Source: Tubulanus polymorphus (Eukaryota; Animalia; Nemertea). Taken from it: a DNA stretch of 64,000 nt. The position numbers were made by a program, and so were the translations under genes. The notes under the pieces were generated by a model that was not told the origin of the DNA, searched no databases, and saw only the letters and a list, made by a program, of their open reading frames with translations. Below, in pieces: positions 12,527 through 25,975 of the stretch (position 1 is the first letter of the stretch; each line of letters begins with the position of its first letter). The DNA is taken from positions 21,758,345 through 21,822,344 of the forward strand of contig NC_134028.1 in assembly GCF_964204645.1 (NCBI RefSeq), given 5' to 3'.

Positions 12527-13759
12527 CTAACCTTTCATGTTGAATCCGTGTCGTAATGTATCTTCGTTCTTTATCAATTCGCTTTCTTCTCTTTTTCGTG
12601 AGTAGTAGTTTCGAAAGCCTTTTTTTATGACAGTCATACGGAAATCCTCATTGATCGAGTGATCTTCTCTTGCGAAATGTTTCACCAGTTGAGTTTCGTC
12701 TCGATTCTTGTATCTGATGATATTTCCCACATGTTGCTTACACCTTTCGCCAGCCTCGCCAGCAGTTTGTCCGATGTACGTGTAATTATTTTCATCACCG
12801 GATTCTCTTTTTGATAAACAATACACGCATTCAATTTTGTACACGACATTTTTAGTTTTATAATCTAGCTCGTTATTTGGTGCGATATAATGATACTCGT
12901 CAATCAGTTCTATAGGCTTAACCTCGTTAATAAATTCCTCTCGATTATGAATAAATTCCAACTTCTCGTCATCATCTTCACATTCATTGTAGAGATGATC
13001 GTATTTCATTAACGAGGATTTAGTGAACCCTTTAGAACTCTTTAATGATATAAATGAGAGATGGTCGATTTGCTCTAAGATTGATTCGTCTTGAATTCCA
13101 AGTTTAATTAGGTCATCGTTTAACTCCGCGATTCTCTCATAGATCATGCTTTCGTAAGACTCAAACTTCGCTCTGATCTTTTTCTCTTCGTCGTCAGATT
13201 CACGTTCGTCACGGGAATTATCCAGCCCATCCCTCTGTTCACGAAACTCATTGATATCTCGTTCAAGATCGTCGATGTACTCTTTATCCGCTATGCAATA
13301 GAGTAATGCGTCAGCACTTTTCCTTATAATTTCATGTTGTTTTTTCAGTTTTTTTAGTTTTTCAAATTTAATTCCACTATCTGTAGTTTCATTGATTTCA
13401 CGCATCAACCTCGTTCCAAATGAAAGATGCCCTATTAAACTTTTGTATTGCTCTGGTACGGGTACACCTTTTTCCAAGCTGCATTTATCTGTTGTTACAT
13501 CCACTTCTCCAAGTGTATTTTCTGTATGTTTAATATATTTCGTTATTTCTTTCACTTTGTCCACATCAAGTTTACCACGCATTTCCTCTATTATCCCCAA
13601 TAACTCACTGTGTTTAGCCTCAAGATTGTTTATCTCTGCATCAAAAGCTCTCGTTTTATCATGCCATTTTGTTGAATCGGCTAAAATAGCATTTATTTTC
13701 TTCTTCAGCTTTGTTATTTGGCCTTTGAAATTCCTCTTTTGTCGACATAATCTTTCCAT
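12527..13759 (-). CDS. Intronless coiled-coil protein with C-terminal Penelope-type GIY-YIG endonuclease (410 aa, no RT)
   Basis: ATG at 13759. C-terminal motifs NVVYKIECVYC..TYIGQT..ERCKQH..LVKHF..H..RKREESELI..TL.HGFN fit the PLE-type GIY-YIG with CxxC/H/H. The N-terminal ~290 aa are helical and charged. A TATA-like TATTTATA lies ~75 nt upstream. Confidence 0.8.
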   Translation of the reverse strand: MERLCRQKRNFKGQITKLKKKINAILADSTKWHDKTRAFDAEINNLEAKHSELLGIIEEMRGKLDVDKVKEITKYIKHTENTLGEVDVTTDKCSLEKGVPVPEQYKSLIGHLSFGTRLMREINETTDSGIKFEKLKKLKKQHEIIRKSADALLYCIADKEYIDDLERDINEFREQRDGLDNSRDERESDDEEKKIRAKFESYESMIYERIAELNDDLIKLGIQDESILEQIDHLSFISLKSSKGFTKSSLMKYDHLYNECEDDDEKLEFIHNREEFINEVKPIELIDEYHYIAPNNELDYKTKNVVYKIECVYCLSKRESGDENNYTYIGQTAGEAGERCKQHVGNIIRYKNRDETQLVKHFAREDHSINEDFRMTVIKKGFRNYYSRKREESELIKNEDTLRHGFNMKG

Positions 13760-15574
13760 CTCAATAGTCGGCGAATCTGACTGAGTCAACAATCAACGAA
13801 TCTTATCAAATGACCAGTGTTTAAATTCATATAAATATAGGTCATATTCATAAACATTCGATCGAACTTGTAGATTCTGGCGATTTGTCACCAGGTTTTA
13901 TATCCAGCAGAATTTGCCTGCTCCGTACCAATACAATAGCCGGTCAAATCAATTTTCCCAGCGGCCGTCCGCGACTCACTGATAAGACGGTCACGTAAAT
14001 TGCAATGATCAAGTTCTTCATTCAAAATCAAACTTATCGTTTCACGAAATATCCATATCAATCTATTCCCTACCGGCGTATTTTCCAGTAATTACGGTGG
14101 AGCACAACCATAGCCACACAGCAAAATGGCAGGCGGAAACTCCCCTGTGAAAAAAATTACCGCTGCGTGATTGGAGCGCTCTGTCGCGATATGGGTTTCC
14201 TGATTTGGATATTCTCGGAGCTACCAATTCAAAACATTGAATTGCTACGTAATAAAATATAATACTTAATTATTAATCTTAATTATTTTCACTGTGGCTC
14301 ATTACCATATAAGGCAATCGAAAGATTTATGTGATGCTCCCATAACGAATATGATTTTGTTTTTTAGTGAGTAACAATTTGAAATATCTGTTTTCAATTT
14401 ATATTCAACGAAATGGGGTTCGAACCTAATTTTCACCTATGATACTGGATCATGGCGCGTATGACTAAGTGAATCGCCGTAAATAGAGGCGGTCCCAAAC
14501 TAGATACGCTATTAGTGGTTATTTTTATCCAATTTTAGAAAACTATGACGTAAATTGCAATGAATATTAGAAATAAAATCACATACGACGGCTATTCCGT
14601 AAAACATGAAAACGAATTTCGTAAAATATAGGAAACTATATCTGACACCGGTAAGGTCATCCGGTTTATTTCCGGGTGTTCGTCGGTCGATGTTTGGGCT
14701 GTGAAAAAATCGTGAAAATCTTCGGAATTCGATATGAAAAATCGTCTTCGGCGGTGCCGCCCTTAATCCCATTAATCTCGCGAGACCTGGGCTGGATTAG
14801 CTTATAATTGCGGTGACAATGATGAGCAGCACTGCAGACTAATAAAAAATTAGACCCCTCTTCGATTCGTAGTTTGTTGACATTGTTGAATGATTTTGCG
14901 AAGGAAGACAGTCTGTGTAGTCTTAGTTAAACAGTCGACTGGCCAATTCATTAGATACGTTGTTAGTCGGTGGGATTTAAGATTGAGGATTAGTAGGAAT
15001 TGAAAGGTAGGCCTAATGATTTAATAAGCCGAAGAGGAACTATATTTTTGTAATGTGTAGCCGTCGGTGTGAGGACTTCTTGGACTTGGTCGCTTATTAA
15101 GAAGTTATTTTGATTTTCGGCTACTCCACTGCCGAAAATTCTTGGTGCACTCTTTTTATTTAGATACATTCTTCTATCCATTCCTGATTAAGCTGATCCT
15201 TTCAATTAGGCTGGTGGAATATTCCAGAGTTCTGTTAGGCCTATTCGTTTAACGCGTTCGTTTAATGAAAGGTTTGCTCGGATGAACGACTTATTGAGTT
15301 GATACAGCAGGATTTTTTCGCTTGTGAATCAAATCAATTTTTAGCCGGCGCGCTGGATCTCAATAGTAGCATTAGTCCGGTTCTATCATTGAAGGTATTA
15401 GATGACTGGAACTATGTAGTCTGAATACCAGCAGACCTTAACACGACTGTGAGGGCTGTTTATGTCGCGCTGTTTTTTAGCCCTGGACTTCCGCGTACGT
15501 TGTACAGGGATAACAGCGACTACGAAATCGCGGTATTCGATCGATTGTGTTTAGGCCTATGAATCCCTGTGCCG

Positions 15575-18500
15575 ATGGACGACATGCAAGAGAATGAAGA
15601 GAAATTAAGAGCTGTGTTCAATTTGTGCGACCCGCAAGCGAAAGGTTACGTCACCGTAGACAGTTTCCTCGAGTTGTGCAAAGAACATTTCGGCACTGAA
15701 GAAAGCGATGAGGTAAAAATTATCGATCTATTTAGATCTTTTTAAAAACCCGAAAAAGTTTAATGTCGCGGCTGCTGCCGAAATGGTAGAACAATACTGT
15801 GAATGAGTTGCATTTGAAGTGCGAAGATGAATCAATGGGAAAATTGATGTCAACGTCAAAATATTAGGCCCTATATTTCAAAATACAAGGCAACAAAAAT
15901 CTTGAATATAAAAACAAATGAAAAAAAAATAACTGTGATGAATTTATGTTTAAACTAGCTATATATCCTCATAATATCTTAGAACGAATAATTTAATCAC
16001 CTTAACGTGTCTTTCTCGATTTCTCAATCTCCCACACATCAACACAACCGGCTTAACCCATACGACAAGTGTTAAAAACCTCAGATCAGATCTCTATTGA
16101 TCTATAGAAATTCTCGGGCTATAGAACTTTTATAGAGTGACCTACCAGGAACCACGTAATAACAAACATAGAAATAATACTAACATACTAAATACATGTA
16201 TTTTTGATACTATGACCATTGTTGTGTACAGACTGTATAAAACTAAATTTAAGGAATTAGATCCCTCAAAATTTGAGTGCCATGTTAAATTCAAGGCATT
16301 ATATGTCATAAAGGGCAAAATACTATTCTTAAGAGAGGATTTTGAAAAGGGTACTTTCTCTTAAGTCAGAACAGCTTTCTGTGATTAATTTGTCCTTAGA
16401 AAAGTTCTGTAAGACCTTCCGATCTTGCACCAGAGCTGCCCCTGACTGGACTGAAATTGTTGTTAATCTTCGAGTTGAAAACCAGTCAGTCCCTAGTCTA
16501 GTTTATCATGCCGGGCATAAAATTGTGAATTTCTAATTTGTTTTTACATTCAGCAAGAACTTCAGCAACTGATTAAAGTGCTCGATCCACAAAACGACTG
16601 CAAGATTTATTTCGATGATTTCTGTAAAGGTGTTCAGAAGATCGCCGAAATCCACGGTGAGTTATCAGTGAAGCCGGATAAAAAGGTTTTTCATTTTTGT
16701 ACGTTTGTGCATCTGGTTTTTGAACTGAAATTTCGGGGGTCACATTACAATCGGTAATACCTCATTCTGCGTGGGGAACAGGATAATGAAAATGATGATG
16801 ATGATAATAATGATATACATATATGTCGAATAAGTAATTGTATGAATCACCTGAGGATAGTTATATTTTGCGTGAGGTTGACACTAGTCAAATAAAAGAG
16901 ATGTTTATGAAATCGAGTAATTCAGCGGACCCTGGATGAATTTGATCTTCAAATTTATCGAATATTGTCATATGTGACGAATCAATAAATTGCTAGGCCT
17001 ATATGTAATTAATTACACACCTGTTTGTTGGGATATTTTCCGATACGTTTCATTTATCAATAGTTTGTGGAATACGAATACATTACATGTATATATTTGA
17101 TGTCTTCAGTCACGATACGTTTTCCTACTAGTTACGCAAGGTGTTAACGTGATGTATCTAGGTCTTTACGGTATCTTTCTTCGAATTTCTCAAAATTTTT
17201 CTATGTTTTAGGTATTCTTCCATATGGCTTATAATAGTTTTCAGTTCATCGTCTCATTTCTTTGATTTACTTGAATATGTTAAAAGTGAATCATAGCAAA
17301 GTTTTTGTGAACTAAATTTGTTTTTGTTTGTTGTTTTTTGCAGCTCACTCGAACAGTATAAGCTCATCTCAGCGAGCGCGTCACGGTAGCGAGGAAACGT
17401 TAATCGATCAACCTCTCGGCAGTCAAGAAACTCTACTCGCGGATGATGACGGGGTATGAGTGTTACACATCCCCCACCGGCAGGGATTGGAACCTGATGG
17501 CATCGCTAGACTCAGCCACAGTAACAAAACCCTGCCTGATTACATGCGCAGGGTTTAAATGATGTCATTTTTAGCCAATCAGAAATTATGTTCTATTCTC
17601 ATTCTAGCCCCAGTTATAGTAAGTTTATCTGTGAAATTTCCTTCAGCGATTATACAACGGGCAATCTGATTGGCGCGTGTACCTGCGCACCCGGTCTAGC
17701 GTGGCAGGGTTTCGTGCCGTGGCTGAGTCTAGCGATGCCATCAGGTTTTTTGAGGATGTTATTTCTTAAACTCGACAAAGATCTTAACTTAATAACTTAA
17801 TGAAGCTCTATAAAAAAAGCTTTATGAAATAGATCGTAACTTTAACAAAGCTTTAATTGTTATCAGTGGACAGAAGTACGTAATTTCATTTGGTTACAGG
17901 CTCACGATACGTCACATAATACGTTCAGTGAATATGACATGTTAACAGATGAGGACAACAATATAGCAGCAAATAATTACTACAATAGAAAATACGGAGG
18001 TGTTCCGGCAGCAGTAATCCGTCCGGCATCGGATGACGAGTGTGATAGCGCCATCAGTGGTCCATCCAGGTACTACAATAGATACATTATATACGTTTTC
18101 TCTCAAAATATTCTGCCCACTGTCCAAGTCCAAGAATTCCGCTATGATTTGAACTTCAATTCCTGATCATTCGCTAACCGCCAGTTGCAACTGGTCACTC
18201 TGTGATGAATTCCCCCGATCCTTCTCCACCCAGTTCCAGCTCGTTACTCTGGTCATTCTCCAGCCATTTCCAACTGGTCACTGGTCATTTCCTCGTGGTC
18301 ATTCTGCGGCCAGTTCCAACTGGTCACCCTGTTGTCAATCCCTTTGGTCATTCTATAGCCAATCATACTGTCCTATTAATAATTTGCGGTCAATTTCTCT
18401 GTTCAATTCCTCCGAGTCACACCGTAGCAGGCAATCCCTTCAGATCATTCTATTTCTTGGCGTGAGATTGAATCATCGCGATTCGTTTTGTATCGTTTCA

Positions 18501-21500
18501 GTCGTCGCGGTCAGTCGTCGATCACGGATGACGAAGAACATTTCGAAGGTTTTGGCGAGGACGATATTTCATCGGAAGCGTCTGATATCCCGTACGATTG
18601 TCGTCTAAAATCATCACCTCACAACAGGTTCGTTTTATCCCCATAAACAACGTTAGTTTCATCCTTATCAACAACATTCATTCTTTCAATATATCGCCAT
18701 TATTTATTTCTACATGTACATCTATTCGATATGATATATTTATTATTATCTAATTTTTAAATACTGCATGGCAAGTTTGACCCGGTCTTTTTTGATTAGC
18801 GAAGCATGAAGCATTCATTACTTAGTGGCATCGGGTCATTTCGATTAATTCAGTTGGTGGCATATCCCTGCCTTCCTTTAAATACAACAGACCCCCTGTC
18901 GAAATGCGTATGCAGATTCTGTTCTAAAGTATTTTCGTGCAGTGTATTTATTTCTACTGGAGTATCAGGGGTGCACAGACTGACTGTCACATCAACCCGT
19001 AGTATAGGGCTTATAGAAGAGCACAAAAATAGTACTTAAAATTTCAATTGGCACGATTCTATTCTATTCTATTTTCACCTGACTGATGGATGAACATTAA
19101 CCCATTAGCACTCAGGAATTACACTATGTAGTGTCAATAACTCCTCAGAAAATTCAAGGAAAAGTCAAGGCTTTCATATGATGTAAGATTTGATGAGATG
19201 GGCCACCAAAATCGTGTCCTTTTGGCCCCCCGATATTCATCCAAACTTACTTGGATTTGAAGTGAGCGCTCAGATGTGTCATGTTCAAACTGGAAATACT
19301 CGAGAAATTGAAATAGGAGGATGTTGATTTCAAGGACTTAGGTGTGTAGTTTATCATAAGCTATTGGATTCGAATTCCACTTTAACCATTTTCGTGCAGT
19401 ATATGAAAAAAGTAACGGGCGGATTCGGGCGGCTTGAGTGCTAATGGGTTAATCTAGATAAATAAAGTTTATCAGTTTTAAATCTTAATGTAATGTGAAA
19501 ATCTAGATATAGATTAGGGATCGTTTTCTGATGGTGTCATAATTCAGTTAGTTTGTATATCCAGGGACGGCGCCTCCCTTCTATATTAATGTATTCATAT
19601 GTGATTTGTTCTAACAATCTAAATCTAATGGACAAATTCTTTTAACAATTCAAGTGCATTAAGTGTTACATAAAATGGTTCTAGTTTAAGTAGATGATAT
19701 AACACTATGTCTACACGGGAGTTGACACCTGACAGAATATATCATGCTTATCATCGATAATCATTGCTGTCATACCGTAAAGAGGGTATTATGAAGCATC
19801 CGTATGTAATGTCTGAGAGTGATGCGTCACTGGTCTTGTCAATGCAGGATTTTGAAGAATGCTACTGGTGGCAGAGTTTTTTACTCGGACCTCTCCCCTT
19901 AACCCGGAAAAAGAAACCTCAAACCTGCTGATATGTGCGTATTAACCTGATGACGATCAGCTGGTTGAGCTGGAATTAGCTAATCATGCCCTGAGTGGTG
20001 CTTAATTGCGTTGAAGGAGAAAAGACAATTACGGATTCGAGTTGAGACTGCAGATTATTAATAAATACCGGGCTACTAAAAGTTTAGTAGAATCGTTGCA
20101 TTGTCAGTAAATGTTGAATGTTATAAGGAATATGTATATAAGATGAATGATAAACTCTAAAAATTGATTTCCGGGCGCTTAATTTTGAAAATGAAAACTC
20201 TCGTGTAGACATAGAGGATGTATAACATGCACAGCGACTAGCCTCTCTATCTCTCTCTTTCTCTGATTCTATCTCTCGGCGCTCTTCGAATTTGTTACTA
20301 TTATTATTTAACCTGATTTATTTCCGTTCAGTGATTGTGAAAGTCAATCTAAGCGCCGCCGAGCCGCTGCCCGGACCACTCCACGGCCACGAAGGATAAG
20401 TTGGTACATATAGAATATGTTGCTAGTTCTTTTATTTCAATCGTTCTTCAATCTCGGTCTCAGTCTTCGGCCATAGCTTTGCTTGCATCCACATTATCAT
20501 TATATATACGTACGTTGGCATATTTGTTATTTGCTTTGCTTGGATTGAAAATCAAATTCCCTGCTTTTACCGGTAACATTAACCCTTTCAGTGCGTTTAC
20601 ACCGCAGTGCGGTGTACGAAGCAGTGATGGATTTTGCTAGTACACGGCACTGCGGTGTATTGATTTAATTAGTAATTACTAATTATCTCTCTTGAAAGAT
20701 GGCAGCACCTGTGAAGGATCTGTAGTAGGCCTATCAGTAACTAACGATATACCGCACCAGGGTGTAGACGCACTATAGTGCTATTCCCATTATTCAACAC
20801 ACTAGGGTGGAATTTTTCAGAATTTTCAAATTATCTTCAGTACTATAGGGTATTAATAAGCCAGCACTGAAAGGGTTAATGAGAGTTTTAGTGGTCGACT
20901 TGCGACCTGATCATCTCGTAAGAACAGCGGTAGTACGCTCGTGACTGCTGATTGTCGATTCGTTTGTTGCAACGTCGTGAAATTAAGCTCAGGTCAACTA
21001 CAGGTCGACTACAACTCGATCAACGCCGAGTCTCGAGGTCATGTGGCGCTTAACTTGCCGCTGGTTTGGCTAAGACGATTTGACCAGGACGTAGAAATAG
21101 AACTCGTTCTATCCTCACGCGATTCAGTGGTCAATCCGCCGCGGTCGTAAGTAAACTCATGTCGAAAAATATTCCCGATGAAAAAAATCGCAGACCGTTC
21201 CGACGAGATGATCGAGTCGTAAGTTGACCTGAGTTTAATTTTAGGCCATCGGTCACTGGTCTCTCGTCAATCCAGGGTTTGAGTCCCGGTGTTGGCAAAG
21301 CTTCATCTCTATGCCCTTTATCCGGATAAAAGAGACCTCGAACCCGCCGCTAATGATACCCTGAGTGGTGCTCGGCTGGTTCAGCGGTTTTTCGCTTAAG
21401 CAAACCCACTAGATATTACCTAGTAATGGTTAATAGAAAACAAATATGCCTATTTCGCACTGTCTGAATGGCGCTGCATGCAGAGATATGCGTGAACTTC

Positions 21501-24500
21501 CTAGTGTCATATCTCTTACACACAATAAAAACACAGATATTGTTGCAGTGTTTATAAAGTTACGTTATTTAGTTCATTGTTTTCCACTGCTGCGTGATGA
21601 CGATGATGATGATGATGATGACAATTTTCACTTTTTGGAATTCCTCTGTTTTTCTGTATGTACTGTATTCACGCACAGTAAACTATGCACAAGTCGGGTT
21701 ATTTTGAAACTAGGAAAAAACCTCCATTTGAGGTCATACATTTATTACGTACGCATTAAGGGAGGGGGAGGGGTCAGTGCAATTCCGTACTGTAATGCTT
21801 AATGTATATGAAAAAATGGCCGATTTTGCGTACAGAAGGGGAGGGGGGGTTGAAAAATTCGAATTTTATGCGTACGTAATAAATGAATGATCCCTTTTTG
21901 AGAAATTCAGATCTTTTGATTGAAAACTTGGACTTAACTCAATCTAAGTATACAGCGGCGGATCCAGCCTGTGAATTTGACTATATTCTTAAAAATCATT
22001 GCTCGGTGATATGCCAGATTCCTCCCAAAGAAAAATTTTTACTTTTCACTTCCAAGGACTGCAATACATTCACACTTTTGATGGAGGGTATTTGAAAATG
22101 AGAAGGAAAAAATACATTTTCTTTGACTTGACTAGTATTTATCCGACTTACGCATGGTTTATTGTATATCTTCCCTTAGCTGGCTACTCCATCGGTTTTT
22201 TTTTCTGTTTTGATGTGTTAAGTTAGTAGATTTGGAGGATTGTTAATCGTTTATATGACTGGTTCTGTTACTGTTAGGGCCACTCGTAAAATGTACATGT
22301 AGAGAAATTTTCAACCAAATCCATGATCGCTGTAACTAAACAGTAAATAAATCATTAGGAAACTTACGGGGAGTCTGAAGTGGAAATGTTTCTGAAATTT
22401 GAATCCCTGCGAAAGAAAATGCAACAAAGCACCCTCATCAATGATATTAGTAACGTATCCTGCATTTTTCTATTGGTCAGACATCAGGTAAAAAGAAGGG
22501 CATACATTGGGTTTCCATTTTATTTTACTCTAAAAACAGGATTTGCACTTAATGCCTATTACAGTTTTAGACCATTTCTTCGTATATATTTTTCATTTGT
22601 CGGACCTATGGTGACATCGCTGTACTATGCTATACTATACTATACTATACTATACTATACTATGCTATATGGGCGTAAGGCATTGGAGCTATGCAGTACT
22701 GATACTAGACTAGTGGTGATGTACCTTGTAATGCGGCTAGATGTCACGATTACATCATGAAATTGAAAGATATTTCCAGCCTCTGTTTATCATATGGTGA
22801 TTGCTAAGCTGTGCTGGGCTTCTAATAAATTAATTGCTTACATGTATTATCATTTCCGGTTAGGGATCATTCATTAAGTCATTCCAAATATCCATGGGGG
22901 GTATTTTACTGAATGAGTGGCCGCGATCACACGAGCATTTCTGGCCCGGGCCAATTTTGCCCGACCATCGACGTCGGACCAGGTCAAATTTTTGCACGAT
23001 TCAAATCATCGCGTTTGAATTGCAACTGGTTCCGGAAATGATTCACTTCGCTTTGTTTAAACATTGTTTAGTATCGAGTGAGTGATTTACGTGTGAACGC
23101 GCTCTCTAATCAGGCATGGGCCAAATTTGGCACGGGCCTGATCCGTGCCAAATCGTCGCCATGTGACTGCGGCTTTAGTGTGAGAGATGATCCGTTTATT
23201 ACAAATGCAGGTGACTTAGGGCATTAGGCGCAAGAGGATCCAGTTCTATATTTCTCACTTTCGACTTCGGAGTTAAAACATTGAAAATGAATTTATCTTA
23301 ACTCAGGAGTTGAAATCCAACTCACTACTGCGCAAGTTCACGCTGAGGGTGTTCAAATTTTGGCTTTTAGTACCTGTAAACCTGTACCTGTTCATCTAAG
23401 GAGGCCCGTAGAAAAAACCCTGCATGTAATGAATGGATGACCTCTCTCCCTCTCCTTACGTATAAGTGGTAAAAAAGAATCATAAATCTAGCTCACGACA
23501 AACTCTTAGTTTTTCATAAATGAACCGTTACCCGAGACCGTATTCGAAAACACGAGCAGCCTCGGATTTCGTCGGGTTGTAACTAATGTTGAACAAATGA
23601 ATGAAGGCAATACTAGTTTCGTTGAAATTGAAATTCAACTCGATCACGTTTCTAATTTCAGTCCGACTGTTGGTAAAATCGCCCGATTATCGACGGCCAC
23701 AACTGCAAAGTAAGTGCTCGAACCGACGTTCGAATTTGAAAATCAAATGCGTTTTGTCTAGTGTTGTTACATGAATAATACCTGTAGTTGATAGGATTCG
23801 GGTAATACTGCGATCAAAATGATGCTTGCGCTACTAATAGGTGCATTCCTGATGTAATTGATTAAAATCTCCATGTACGCGCGTCGATAGAAAAAAATAA
23901 CTACCAGCGTATGAATTATCTAACATCCAACTCGGATATTATTATCGCTTTAGACAACTCAGACAAATATTCGCGGTCGAAAACGATTTGTAGGAGCGGT
24001 GTGGCCTAGCGGTTAGAGCGTTCAACTCTGGGAAGCCAGGTCGTGGGTTCGAACCCACATTGCCGTAGTGTCCTCGGGAAAGACACTTATCCTCATTGCC
24101 TCTCTCCACCCAGGAGTGAATGGGTACCTGGCCTGATAGATGACTCCTGAGCGTTTGTTAGCAGCTCGGTGTTACTTCTCCCCAGGGAGAGATGACTGTT
24201 ACATGTTAGATTATAAAATTGGCCGGGGTAATAATATCGAAAAATGTAAAGCGCTCTGAGCAGCCTGGCTGGATTTAGCGCTATATAAGACGCATATTAT
24301 TATTGACTCGAGCGTAGTCTTTGTAGATTGTTATTGTGCTTAAGTAATAACCTCTTTGCTTCTTCTTCCACTGTTCCCTTGATTTACATTTGACTTTATC
24401 AGAATGTTAAAAATGAACAAATTTTTTCACACTGTGGAGCCGTGACGTCCTGGTGTGTAAAGTCGTATCTTATTTTATAGAAGAATCTTATTTTATAGAA

Positions 24501-25916
24501 ATATAGTGGAATCTCGAACATTACGATCGTTTTATATCATTTTGATTGCAAGATCATCCAGTTCTTATCTTTCGTCTTAAACCCCACTGTCCTTCTCGGG
24601 AAAAAACGTTGAACGTTCGATTGTTGTTTTGAGTAATATGTCATCCAGCTATGAAACGCGGCCTCGTTGTTTCAATGATCCACGTGCTTAGTGTTGCACT
24701 CAGTCCGGCATATTTCCAAGTGCGCCATTGGATATACGCCTTACAATATCTCTATGGTTGTAGTGCACATTTATTTGAAAATCAATCTACGTAAATCTTT
24801 GTATTTCGAAAAATCTGTTCAAGATGTGTAACACTCCACAATGAGTACGCAGTCACACTTATTATGAACGCTTTGGTTTTAACCCTTTCAGTGCGTCTAC
24901 ACCGCAGTGCAGTGTATAAATCGGTGCTGAATTATGCTAGTACACCGCACTGCGGTGAATTGATGTAATTAGTAATTAGCTTTTTTCTCTATTAAAGATG
25001 TCAGCACCTGCCAAACATAGTGAAATACTAGTAGGCCTAACTGACGATACACCGCGCCGTGGTTTAGACGTACTATAGTGTTATTGTTTTTATTCAACAC
25101 ACTGAGATGGAATTTTTCAAAATTTTCAAAATATCTCCAGCACTATAGGGTATTAATTAGTCAGCACTGAAAGGGTAAAAAAGAAATAAGACGCCCAATG
25201 TTAAGTAAAATTTTTGAATGAGGATTCTGTAATCTCTGCAAATTATGAAGGTTTTTCAAACATCGTTGAAGGAGGTGATTGAGTCATTTATGTAGTAAAA
25301 GGCCTTCAAACCGAACCGAGATATCGAATAGAGTTAACTATAGTCAGTGGTTGAGAATCTATAAATTCTCCGTAGTTAAGGCAGGATATATGAAAGTATC
25401 ATCAATTCACCGTGATGATTTTGAAGACTGATTTTACTTAATAAGGGACGCTTTATTGTATAGAAAATGCGGATATACTGCGATACATTCTATTTTCCAT
25501 TGATAGCATATCTCTAGGATGTACTCTGAATATTCTAGCAGTGTGTAATTGAAAGCTACCCCTTCTGATGGGTACATATGTACGTACATGTACTTCACAA
25601 ATTGTAATGCTATTCATAATACTTATAAGTATCGCGTTATATTAACGATGGATATTTTTGTTTGAAATGCGATCGCGACATCTGGCCTCGAGTTTATATC
25701 GGCGCGTTGTGAAATTATTCGCGGAATTAAATTCTCGTTTCATCTGTGGCAACTTTACGCGAATTAATGCGTCGATTAAACGTATAAAAACGGTTCAAGG
25801 CTTCGTACGTGTTCAGTGCTTCATCTGAGAGGTGAACAATACACATGTCTGAGACGCCCGGCCGTGCCTTCCAATTTTTAATGTATTACAACGTGACAAT
25901 AACAATACATATATAT

Positions 25917-25975
<59 letters not shown>

